A model generated the notes under the pieces. The model saw only the letters and a list, made by a program, of their open reading frames with translations. It was not told the DNA's origin and did not search any database. From an uncultured virus (IMG/VR IMGVR_UViG_3300044491_001439) (taxonomy: Duplodnaviria > Heunggongvirae > Uroviricota > Caudoviricetes > Kyanoviridae), in IMG/VR virus record IMGVR_UViG_3300044491_001439: a stretch of 64,000 nucleotides of DNA. One strand, given 5' to 3'. The first letter of the stretch is position 1; every line of letters starts with the position of its first letter. Both the position numbers and the translations under genes were made by a program. Shown one piece after another: positions 55,930 to 64,000 of this stretch.

Positions 55930-56676
55930 CTAGTGTTGATCAGTACCATCGTTAAGAACAACAGTATGTTTTTGATAGTAAAAGTTAGCAGTTACCTTGG
56001 TGATCTGTGAAGTACCATAGGACAACGGAATAGAATCAATAGAATATGGATAAACATTTTCCAAGATGTAACTAATCGGTACTCGGGAGTTAGGAGCGGA
56101 TCTACCCTTTTCAGTTTTGGTAATTTTTACCTTCTGACACATATATTGTTCAGGATATTTCAGTCGTATCGCTCTGGTTATTGGATTGGGTTGTGTATTC
56201 TTTACTGCCTCTAAATTACTTTTCTCCTTATTGATAGGAGAATCATTTTGATTACCATCAAAGATATAGTTATGCCAACCCGTAATAAATTTGAGTGGTA
56301 TCATATTAGCATCACACATCCATGTGAGTGACAAATCACTGTAAAATCTGGCATATGGATAACTAATCTGACTTTCTCCCATAACTCTACCACTCAACTG
56401 TCCTACTGCTGCCTGTACATTAGGAAGTTGTGCTTCATCACAAAGCATCTGAACTAATCCACCCATATTAGTTGCATTAGTGGACCCACCAATGCCTTCA
56501 ATACCACATTTTTCTTTAAGGTAGTCGGTTAACCCTAACCCACTACCTTTTTTCTCATCCTTATTCGGAAGATTAAACTCAACATCATAACCATTAGAGA
56601 AGGACATCCCCCCCTGTTTAGCAATAGATTGTATGAAAGTATCTAATGACACGCTAAATAAAAATAGTTGGTCCAT
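55930..56676 (-). CDS. tail-tube-fold baseplate protein (gp54/gp19-like)
   Basis: LCDEAQLPN...YPY.R.Y.D...W...I...LENVYPYSI.SIPLSY. Confidence 0.65.
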   Translation of the reverse strand: MDQLFLFSVSLDTFIQSIAKQGGMSFSNGYDVEFNLPNKDEKKGSGLGLTDYLKEKCGIEGIGGSTNATNMGGLVQMLCDEAQLPNVQAAVGQLSGRVMGESQISYPYARFYSDLSLTWMCDANMIPLKFITGWHNYIFDGNQNDSPINKEKSNLEAVKNTQPNPITRAIRLKYPEQYMCQKVKITKTEKGRSAPNSRVPISYILENVYPYSIDSIPLSYGTSQITKVTANFYYQKHTVVLNDGTDQH

Positions 56677-56687
56677 CTATATTTAGC

Positions 56688-57152
56688 ATGGCATATTCAG
56701 GCATTTATAAGCCAACTAACCCACGGAAGTACAAAGGAAATCCAACCAGAATAATTTATCGCTCGCTATGGGAGCGTAAATTTATGTTCTTCTGTGATCA
56801 TAATGGTAGCATCATCGAGTGGGGTAGTGAGGAAATAATTATTCCTTACAAGTGTCCTACTGACGGAAGAGTACATAGATATTATCCAGACTTTTACATC
56901 AAAGTAAAAGATAAGAGTGGTAAATATCAAAAGTATATTATTGAAGTGAAACCTAAAAAACAAACACAACCACCTAATGAAAAACCCAAACGCAAAACTG
57001 TCGCTTGGAAAAAAGAAGTCTTTACATTTATGAAGAACCGTGCCAAATGGGACGCTGCTGAAGACTTTTGTGAGGATAGACAGATGAAATTTTTAATCCT
57101 TACCGAAGATCATTTAGGAGTAGGAAGATCTAATGGCAAAAACAAAAAGTAA
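56688..57152 (+). CDS. gp4: head completion nuclease gp4
   Basis: Y.P.NP.KYKGNP..IIYRSLWERKFM...WGSEE..IPY...HRYYPDF...EVKP. Confidence 0.9.
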   Translation: MAYSGIYKPTNPRKYKGNPTRIIYRSLWERKFMFFCDHNGSIIEWGSEEIIIPYKCPTDGRVHRYYPDFYIKVKDKSGKYQKYIIEVKPKKQTQPPNEKPKRKTVAWKKEVFTFMKNRAKWDAAEDFCEDRQMKFLILTEDHLGVGRSNGKNKK

Positions 57153-57804
57153 AGGGTTCGGAGGAACTGCTAATACATATAAAACTATCTTTGAAAAAGT
57201 TAGTGATGCAACGAACGGAGAAAAAAAATCCGTGTCCTGGTATAGGGACAAGGTAAAGTCACTTTCATCTACATATAAAACAGAACCACAAAGAGTATTA
57301 GAAATCGAAAAACGTGATCGATATGATACTCAACAAGATGAAAATATTTTACGGACCACAGTAAGAGATGGTCACTTATATTTGTTTGAGTACGAAGCAA
57401 AAACAAAGAGTCTACCATACTACGATAAGTTTCCATTAGTCTATGTAATAAAAGACTTTGGCAATGAATTTTATGGTGCTAATTTACATTACTTAAGACC
57501 CAAAGCAAGAGTTAAAGTAATTCAGAAACTAGAACGTGGATTCATTGACCTACCCAAGATAATCATACATAAATATATAAAGACACATTGTAAAAGTCCT
57601 TTCTTGGATCTTGCTATAGATGAGTGGGAGACATCTATCTTCTTACCTGTTGAAGACTTCGTTATTACAAAAGGATCTGGTAACATTGCATACGATAAAG
57701 AATCTGTATGGGATGAAATTTCTAAAAAAGATCAGGATCGTATCAAAGCACAACGAGTTATCAAAGGTTATGGTAAACAGTCAGACAAGGAGATGGTACA
57801 GTAA
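57133..57804 (+). CDS. gp2: DNA end protector protein gp2-like
   Basis: YLFEY.AKTKSLPYYDKFPLV...GANLHYL. Confidence 0.8.
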   Translation: MAKTKSKGFGGTANTYKTIFEKVSDATNGEKKSVSWYRDKVKSLSSTYKTEPQRVLEIEKRDRYDTQQDENILRTTVRDGHLYLFEYEAKTKSLPYYDKFPLVYVIKDFGNEFYGANLHYLRPKARVKVIQKLERGFIDLPKIIIHKYIKTHCKSPFLDLAIDEWETSIFLPVEDFVITKGSGNIAYDKESVWDEISKKDQDRIKAQRVIKGYGKQSDKEMVQ

Positions 57805-58796
57805 TGGGTAGGTCCGAGCAAAAGAGAAAAGAAAGAGACGCTGCTGCTGCAAGAGCTGCTAAAAAACGTCAAGAGGAAGTGGCAGAAGCGGCTTCGGAAG
57901 CAGTAGCAGCAGTAAAAAAACTTAAGCTTAAACCCTCTAAATTCGGCAGTTTAAATTTAGAATCTTCTACTTATAGATACCCATATAGTAACGCACGAAT
58001 CGAAGGAGACACTGACTACGTTACATTTGAATTCTTTAAATACAAGCCACCGTTTAAAACTGGAGGTGCGTCAGGTAACGCAGAAGAATATTCAGAATCT
58101 ATAGATTTTAATGACAGCGAGAATATTTTAGGAGACAAATCTGGCAAGAATATTATAATGTATATGCCTGAAGATGTTCAGTCAGAATATGGTGCAAACT
58201 GGTCTGGTGCTGGTTTTGGGTTTCTTGCTGGTCGTTTGATGAAAGCAATGAGTGGAGACTTCAATTTAGGAGACACTATTACAGATCTTGGCGACGAGGC
58301 AAGAAAAAAAGCAGCAGACTTCCTCGTAAGTAATGCTAACAAGGCATTAGGTTCTGGAGTGACTCTCAACCAAGCATTAGGAGGAATTGGTGGTACGATT
58401 GTGAATCCTAATGTAGAAATGATGTATGAATCTCCAGAGATGAGAACATTTTCATTGACTTACAAAATGTTTGCGTCTAACGTAGAAGAAACAAATCAAA
58501 TTCGTGCGATTTGCAACACCTTTAAAAAAAATATACTTCCATCATTTGGAGGTGGTGCTTTTATTAATGTCCCAAATGTAGTACGGGTAACTTTTATGAC
58601 AGGCAGCAGTCCGAATCCATTTGTATCACAGTTTAAACCTTGTGCTATCACTAATGTATCCATTAACTATACACCTGATGGTTCATGGTCTTCATATGAA
58701 GGAGGAGCACCAGTTGCTACTAACATAACAATCAACTTTGCAGAGTTGAAGATGCTGTTTGCAGAAGATATCACTATTGGAGCAGCGTCTTTCTAA
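57804..58796 (+). CDS. gp48: baseplate tail tube cap gp48
   Basis: YMP...Y.ANW...NPN.EMMYESP..RTF...CAITNVSINYTPDG. Confidence 0.85.
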   Translation: MGRSEQKRKERDAAAARAAKKRQEEVAEAASEAVAAVKKLKLKPSKFGSLNLESSTYRYPYSNARIEGDTDYVTFEFFKYKPPFKTGGASGNAEEYSESIDFNDSENILGDKSGKNIIMYMPEDVQSEYGANWSGAGFGFLAGRLMKAMSGDFNLGDTITDLGDEARKKAADFLVSNANKALGSGVTLNQALGGIGGTIVNPNVEMMYESPEMRTFSLTYKMFASNVEETNQIRAICNTFKKNILPSFGGGAFINVPNVVRVTFMTGSSPNPFVSQFKPCAITNVSINYTPDGSWSSYEGGAPVATNITINFAELKMLFAEDITIGAASF

Positions 58797-59476
58797 TGTA
58801 CTTTAATCTCATTCCTAACATAGAATACGATACTAAACCTATCGGATATCCTTTTACAAGTTCAGACTTTGTAACTGCAAAGAATTTCTTCAGAAGATAT
58901 GAAATAGTTCCGGAGATCTTTAGTTCTTCTGTTTACTACAACAAGTATGCAGTAGAAGATGGAGAAACTCCAGCAACTATTTCTAATGCTGCTTACGACA
59001 CACCATTCTACGACTGGGTTGTGATACTTACCAACAATATTATTAACCCACTATTTGACTGGCCGATATCATCTTATGCTCTGCAAAAGTACTGCGAAAA
59101 GAAGTATGAGAATCCTTATGCTCCACTATATTACAAGACCAGAGAAGTAAAAACTAATCAATCATTAACTGGTGATGCTACGCCCAGAAAAGTACCTGTT
59201 ATTGTGTTGGAAGCGGGTTTAAAAGTAGATGAATCTTTTTATAATAAATCTTTCAACTATTGGGATGGAACTAATACTGTAACCGTTCCTGGTTCATCAG
59301 TATCATATCCAGTGAGTGCGTTTGATCATGAAGAAGATTTAAATAATAGTCACAGAGAAATCTACTTATTAAAATCAAGATACCTTACACAGTTTGTATC
59401 TGAATTTAGAAAAGAAAATAACTATAAACAATCATCAGATTTTATTTCAAAACGTCTGAAGAAAACAGGGGTATAA
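58796..59476 (+). CDS. gp53: baseplate wedge subunit gp53
   Basis: YF..IPNIEY...KNFFRR...GETP..I....Y....YDWVVILTNNIINP.FDWP. Confidence 0.9.
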   Translation: MYFNLIPNIEYDTKPIGYPFTSSDFVTAKNFFRRYEIVPEIFSSSVYYNKYAVEDGETPATISNAAYDTPFYDWVVILTNNIINPLFDWPISSYALQKYCEKKYENPYAPLYYKTREVKTNQSLTGDATPRKVPVIVLEAGLKVDESFYNKSFNYWDGTNTVTVPGSSVSYPVSAFDHEEDLNNSHREIYLLKSRYLTQFVSEFRKENNYKQSSDFISKRLKKTGV

Positions 59477-59500
59477 AAAAAGGGGGTCATAGACCCCCTT
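59475..59500. terminator. terminator between convergent gp53 and gp32
   Basis: A7-GGGGGTC-ATA-GACCCCC-TT hairpin. Confidence 0.75.
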
Positions 59501-59507
59501 CGCTGTA

Positions 59508-60401
59508 TCATTCTTCAGCAAGTTTTTGGAAGTAAGATAGAGCATCGTCATCATCAGTAGATGATGCGGTGATATCTGGTGAGTTGAAATCATTACTACC
59601 AATAGTAGTGGTAGCAACTGGTTCAAACTCTTCTTCCTGTTGTTCTTGTGCTACTGCACGAGGAGTCGAAAGACCAAGCACAGCATTCAAACGGTTCTCA
59701 ATAGCTCCATACTCTTTGAACTCGCTAGAAGCAGTGAATGCTTCCAGACTGTATGCTTGCTTCCACAATGATTCCATCTCGTCATCATCAGTAGAGAGTG
59801 CAGCAGGTGCAGTGAACTCCGAAGCATCATAGTTCCAGTAACCAGCAATGGTACGGATCTTCAGCTTGAAGTTAGCACCTTCCCAAAAGTCAAATACATT
59901 TACAGGAGATTCGTCTTGGAATTCAGGTTGCATAGCACCGATGATCTTATCATGAATCTTCTTGCCATACTTATAAAGAAATACTTTACCTTCATTTTCA
60001 GGGTGCTTGGGGTCACTCACAACCAGAACGTTGGAATAGTATTCCAGTTTACGCTTCTGTTTACGAGCAACATCTTTGTCACTCTCAACCCCACTGTTCC
60101 ACAACTTGTTATTGTGAGCACAGACGGGACACTGATCACCATTAGTAGTGAGACAGTTTTCAATCAACCAACCGCCTGGTCCTTGGAAGGCGTGACGGTA
60201 TAGTTTCGCCCAGGGAAGGGTTTCCCCTTCAGGAGCGGGAAGGAAACGCAATACTGCATAACCGTTACCGCTAGCGTCAAGTTCGGGCTTCCAGAGACGT
60301 TCATCGGCACCACCAGAGGAAGTGCTGGATTTAGTGAGTTCCTTTTGAAGGAAGTCAAAGTTGGTCTGGGACTTGCGCTTAAGTTCTGCGAAATTAGACA
60401 T
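59508..60401 (-). CDS. gp32: single-stranded DNA binding protein gp32
   Basis: DERLWKPELDASGNGYAVLRFLPAP...HAFQGPGGW.IEN...CPVC...NEGKVFLYKYGKKI; acidic tail. Confidence 0.95.
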   Translation of the reverse strand: MSNFAELKRKSQTNFDFLQKELTKSSTSSGGADERLWKPELDASGNGYAVLRFLPAPEGETLPWAKLYRHAFQGPGGWLIENCLTTNGDQCPVCAHNNKLWNSGVESDKDVARKQKRKLEYYSNVLVVSDPKHPENEGKVFLYKYGKKIHDKIIGAMQPEFQDESPVNVFDFWEGANFKLKIRTIAGYWNYDASEFTAPAALSTDDDEMESLWKQAYSLEAFTASSEFKEYGAIENRLNAVLGLSTPRAVAQEQQEEEFEPVATTTIGSNDFNSPDITASSTDDDDALSYFQKLAEE

Positions 60402-60443
60402 GGATGTTTAGGATAGTTCGGATTTGGCTTGTATGATCAGGAG

Positions 60444-60485
60444 AGAGCGTATGCTTTAGAGCGTATTCTTTAGAGCGTATGCTTT
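60444..60485. repeat. three tandem 14-bp repeats
   Basis: AGAGCGTATGCTTT / AGAGCGTATTCTTT / AGAGCGTATGCTTT. Confidence 0.9.
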
Positions 60486-60686
60486 CTCGATCACAGATGT
60501 GTAGTCTTTCTTACAGATAGGGAACAGAATTGATCCCATACCCATCATCTCCATGAGCTTATCAAGAACACTAGCACAGTAACCACGTTCGGTTACAGTA
60601 GCTTCGGTAACTTGAAACTTACGTACCAAGTCGTAAAGCTCTTCAGTTTCGTCCATAGAAAGACTGGACAGATCGAATGTTTTCAT
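60456..60686 (-). CDS. hypothetical protein
   Basis: ORF with own TTGACC-17-TATAAT promoter (60756-60728). Confidence 0.6.
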   Translation of the reverse strand: MKTFDLSSLSMDETEELYDLVRKFQVTEATVTERGYCASVLDKLMEMMGMGSILFPICKKDYTSVIEKAYALKNTL

Positions 60687-60752
60687 GATGTTTCTGTTCT
60701 GTTTACGTGACCCCGCGTCACCAACGTATTATAACACAGGCAGAAGGAGGGG

Positions 60753-61100
60753 TCAAGACCCTTCTGCCTCTAATGCTTTCTTCATCATCTCAACTTTGCT
60801 GATGAGATCATCAAAGATCACGTTCGCGTCCTCATGTTCGCTGGCACCATACATCATAGCAGCCTGCTTAATGCTGTCTGCCATGTCTTGTGCCTCTTGG
60901 TTATCTGGTCCACTCAACTTGAGTCGGGCGTAGAAAACCTTCTGCTTTTCGATCATCTCTTGGAGCACGTTGAAGTATTCCATCTTCTTTTCAGGAGACA
61001 GTGCAGGGAATACCACCATCGATTTCATGCAATACTCTTGCATCTTTGCAAGTTCTTGTAGGTCTCCCTGGACCATTTCAGATGTAAAGAAGTCACTCAT
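60753..61100 (-). CDS. conserved cyanophage protein (DUF1825-like)
   Basis: FFTSEMVQ...IEKQKVFYARLKLS. Confidence 0.7.
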   Translation of the reverse strand: MSDFFTSEMVQGDLQELAKMQEYCMKSMVVFPALSPEKKMEYFNVLQEMIEKQKVFYARLKLSGPDNQEAQDMADSIKQAAMMYGASEHEDANVIFDDLISKVEMMKKALEAEGS

Positions 61101-61342
61101 ACCAACAATAGTTTAGCTCTACTAGTTTTCTTGATGTAGTTTAGTTTTTGTGCGTCGTACTTTAACTTTTCTTTTAGAGGTTTGCTAATCAGTTTAGATA
61201 CTGATTCGATTTCAATCTCATTTGTTTCACAGTAATGAACAATCGCATCAATATAATTCATATTGTTTTCGTATGCAATTTTTTCAACATCCTGCGAGAA
61301 TTTCGCAGTTGTCATAAATTTATCCTCCAGTTTTTCTAGCAT
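61097..61342 (-). CDS. gp33: late transcription coactivator gp33
   Basis: KFSQDVE.I.....MNYIDAIVHYCE.NEIEIESVSKLISKPLKEKLKYDA; start moved to MLEKLEDKF. Confidence 0.9.
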   Translation of the reverse strand: MLEKLEDKFMTTAKFSQDVEKIAYENNMNYIDAIVHYCETNEIEIESVSKLISKPLKEKLKYDAQKLNYIKKTSRAKLLLV

Positions 61343-62015
61343 GTTTTTCTTGATACTCCTTGATATATGCTTGCAATGATAAAAGATATTCTTTTTTTGG
61401 CGGAACAACACTTACTTGAGTGTCACCATTCTCACAAGCAACAATCGTCACTAATTTCTTTACAGTCAACCCGTACACTTCACGCAACATACATGCGTAT
61501 CCACATTCTTGCACGTAGTAATCGTAAAGATATCGTTCTCTTTTTGGTTCTGCTGCTGTCTTAAAGTCGATGATAGCCAGTTCCCCTTTATACTCTGCAA
61601 TGCAGTCCACTCGTCCTGCAATTTGTAAATAATCAGAGTATAACGCTGCCTCTTGTAAGTATACCCTATTTATATTATCTAGTTCTTTACGAGAAGAGTG
61701 GAACATTGTCCACGGCAGTGGCATATCTTTGTACTTTTTTGTATCAAGTTCGTTGTTGATGTAGTCTTCAACGAGTTTATGATATCGTGTACCTCTACCA
61801 GCAGCACGAGAAGTCTTTGCTTGTGCTGCTTCTTTACCGACTCTTGCTCTCCACTTGGCAAGACCTGCTTGCTTTGCAGAATTGTTACTGATCACAGTAG
61901 TGATTGATGGGTACTGCCCACCGGTTGGGGTAAGGTAGTAACGTTTACCATCAATCATCTCTGCGTTCATTTCAATCGGTATGATACCATCTACATGATT
62001 AAAGATATGCATCAC
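61320..62015 (-). CDS. PD-(D/E)XK exonuclease (T4-like cyanophage core)
   Basis: YPSITTV...RGT.YH...AGRVDCIAEY.GELAIIDFKT. Confidence 0.85.
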   Translation of the reverse strand: MMHIFNHVDGIIPIEMNAEMIDGKRYYLTPTGGQYPSITTVISNNSAKQAGLAKWRARVGKEAAQAKTSRAAGRGTRYHKLVEDYINNELDTKKYKDMPLPWTMFHSSRKELDNINRVYLQEAALYSDYLQIAGRVDCIAEYKGELAIIDFKTAAEPKRERYLYDYYVQECGYACMLREVYGLTVKKLVTIVACENGDTQVSVVPPKKEYLLSLQAYIKEYQEKHARKTGG

Positions 62016-62773
62016 AGACCCAGGTTAAGTTTACTAATCAAGTAAGACTTAACGAGACCCGAACGAACAATATCTTCAATACCATACTCAACCATAGAGA
62101 ACTCTTTCATGTTCTCAAGGATTTTTTGGAAGTCAATGATACCTGTACGCTCATTAGATTTCTGCAAGTCAGACTGTCTTGCATCACCACAGAACATGAT
62201 CTTTGTATCTTGACCACAACGTGTCATGATTGAATCAAGTTCGTGGAAGTTGAGGTTCTGACACTCATCGATAATAACAATAGCATTATCAAGTGTAGTA
62301 CCGCGCAAGAATGATGTGGACCAGAACGATACTGTCTCTTGTGCTTTCAGATTCTCATACAACATCTCGAATGATGCATCATCAGGCATCTCGAACATGT
62401 ATTTTACCATATTCTTGTATGGAATCTGGTAAAGAGATGCTTTATCTTCATGTGTACCAGGAAGAAAACCAATCTCCCTTGTAGCAACTAATGATCTAAC
62501 GATATACACCTTATCATATGGTGTATACTCATGCAATACATCACGAAGAGCTAGATACAAAGCAACAAATGTTTTGCCTGTACCAGCACACCCATAAGCA
62601 AAGATGTTTTGTCCTTTATCATACTCCTCAAACATAATCTTTTGATTATCTGTTAGAGGTTCTACAGGTAACAGATAAGAAGAATCAATAGGTTTCTTCC
62701 TCTTCATCTGTTTGTTTGACATACCATTGATGTCAGGTTGATTACGCTTTCTAGATCTTGGCATAGTTACCAC
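62012..62773 (-). CDS. phoH: PhoH-like ATPase
   Basis: GCAGTGKT, REIGFLPG, FLRGTTL, IIDECQN, GDARQSD, DIVRSGLVK. Confidence 0.95.
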   Translation of the reverse strand: MVTMPRSRKRNQPDINGMSNKQMKRKKPIDSSYLLPVEPLTDNQKIMFEEYDKGQNIFAYGCAGTGKTFVALYLALRDVLHEYTPYDKVYIVRSLVATREIGFLPGTHEDKASLYQIPYKNMVKYMFEMPDDASFEMLYENLKAQETVSFWSTSFLRGTTLDNAIVIIDECQNLNFHELDSIMTRCGQDTKIMFCGDARQSDLQKSNERTGIIDFQKILENMKEFSMVEYGIEDIVRSGLVKSYLISKLNLGL

Positions 62774-63006
62774 TCAATAGTTGAACCACGGACTTTAGAT
62801 GCACGAGTCATGATATCGTTCCATCCAGGATGAGTCTTACTCATCTTATGTTTCCATTCACCGACTTCTTGGGCAGAAGCACATCCTGCTGACCAGTCTT
62901 TATCCCACTCGGGATTTTCTTCTCGCCACTTTGAATACTCGATCATGGACATAGAGAGTTCTTTAGTCTCTCCAGTCTCTTTATGTTTAACAGGATATGT
63001 AGGCAT
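62767..63006 (-). CDS. conserved hypothetical protein (FmdB-like MPTY start)
   Basis: MPTYPVKHKETGETKE...W..ENP.W. Confidence 0.7.
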   Translation of the reverse strand: MPTYPVKHKETGETKELSMSMIEYSKWREENPEWDKDWSAGCASAQEVGEWKHKMSKTHPGWNDIMTRASKVRGSTIEW

Positions 63007-63227
63007 TATTCTTCCTCTTGGGTCTTTTTATTGAATCCGAATGGACCGATTTTATTTTTAACTCGTTCTTTAATAACTTGTGCGCTTAATGCTTCCATGA
63101 CTTTCAAAACATCTTCTGCTTTATTAGGTCCTGGTCCCATACGTTCTACAACGTAGTTATATTTACCAAAGAACTCTTCGGATACATTTTTGTAATCATC
63201 TACTGTGATTGGTTCATTCATTGCCAT
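63006..63227 (-). CDS. conserved cyanophage hypothetical protein
   Basis: EDVLKVMEAL....IK.R......GPFGFNK. Confidence 0.7.
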   Translation of the reverse strand: MAMNEPITVDDYKNVSEEFFGKYNYVVERMGPGPNKAEDVLKVMEALSAQVIKERVKNKIGPFGFNKKTQEEE

Positions 63228-63859
63228 TCTAATGCCGCTGATACGGTTGGAAATTGTTCAATAAAAACTTGCTTACATTCATTAGCGATATCCATATGCT
63301 CTTTCTGTGTGCCATTAGCAGAACGCAGTTGGATATAATGGATCCATGAGCGACATGAGCCACTCATGTATAATTTTGTGGGTACGGCAAGGGGAAGCAC
63401 AAAACGAGCACACTCCTTTGCAATACCATACTCAAGCATCTCTTGATAGAGTTTCATTCCTTCTTCAAAGTGCCGCTGCATTTTGATCTGAAACTCTTGA
63501 CGGATAAACGGGTCAACATTATCAATAGAGTTTTGACGATTCTTTGTGTCTTGCCTACGAAGTTCTGGAAGTGGAATAGTTTCTGCCAACATAGAACTAT
63601 CAGCATACCTTTGAGAGAACTCTTGATATGTGAATGATCTATGTCTCAAAATTTGAGCTGCCAGTCCCCTGGTAGTCTCGATCTCAAGAGTCATGAATGC
63701 TTGCTCAAAAACAGACCAGTGTTGATGATTGACACAGTATTTAAGCAGACCAGAGACTTTAGGATTCTCCTGGTTGTTCGGGTTGCTGACTCTCGCTACG
63801 TACCCCATCATCTTCTCTGCTTCTGGGGTCACTGAAATCAGTTTTACGCTCATAACCAA
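63218..63859 (-). CDS. thyX: FAD-dependent thymidylate synthase ThyX
   Basis: H.SVFE, QILRHRSFTYQEFSQRY, AKECARFVLP. Confidence 0.95.
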   Translation of the reverse strand: MVMSVKLISVTPEAEKMMGYVARVSNPNNQENPKVSGLLKYCVNHQHWSVFEQAFMTLEIETTRGLAAQILRHRSFTYQEFSQRYADSSMLAETIPLPELRRQDTKNRQNSIDNVDPFIRQEFQIKMQRHFEEGMKLYQEMLEYGIAKECARFVLPLAVPTKLYMSGSCRSWIHYIQLRSANGTQKEHMDIANECKQVFIEQFPTVSAALEWQ

Positions 63860-64000
63860 ATCCTTTTCTCTTGATAGTTTGTTTTTGTAGTGCTTCCTTT
63901 AGAAGTTGATCTGTATAGATACCAACAAGATTGTTAATATCTTCTCCGCTCTTGACTGCTCTAGTAAGTGCTTTTTTAATAAGTCTAGATCTTTTCATAA

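Noticed and set aside
60444..60485. CRISPR-like array
   Set aside because: The repeats are 14 bp, directly tandem, with no spacers; no repeat-spacer array was seen anywhere in the window.
61320..62015. Cas4 / CRISPR-associated function
   Set aside because: It lacks the four-Cys Fe-S pattern and sits in the standard phoH-exonuclease-gp33 core order.

Overview
This window is 64 kb of a T4-like cyanobacterial myovirus (Kyanoviridae-type cyanophage), almost entirely encoded on the minus strand. Bases 1-15.5 kb are an accessory/early region of short hypothetical genes, many with their own sigma70-like promoter and a fixed-position palindromic box. That region also holds a candidate origin with cyanobacterial DnaA boxes, a PD-(D/E)XK nuclease, a Dam-family methylase / ParB-DGQH protein / EcoRI-like nuclease cluster, a DenV-like glycosylase, a CP12-like peptide and an SF2 helicase. 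Bases 15.5-40.5 kb carry 2OG-Fe(II) oxygenases, a tail-fibre/collar module and a 3481-aa virion protein. Bases 40.5-42.2 kb carry three tRNAs and a cpeT bilin lyase. Bases 43.9-64 kb are T4 core baseplate, tail and replication genes (gp5, gp26/gp51, gp4, gp2, gp48, gp53, gp32, gp33) plus phoH and thyX. The most interesting observation is that the giant virion protein contains three phycobiliprotein-like units retaining both bilin-attachment cysteine equivalents and sits next to a probably late-transcribed cpeT, suggesting a bilin-chromophorylated virion. All calls come from motif recognition by eye; no database searches were run.
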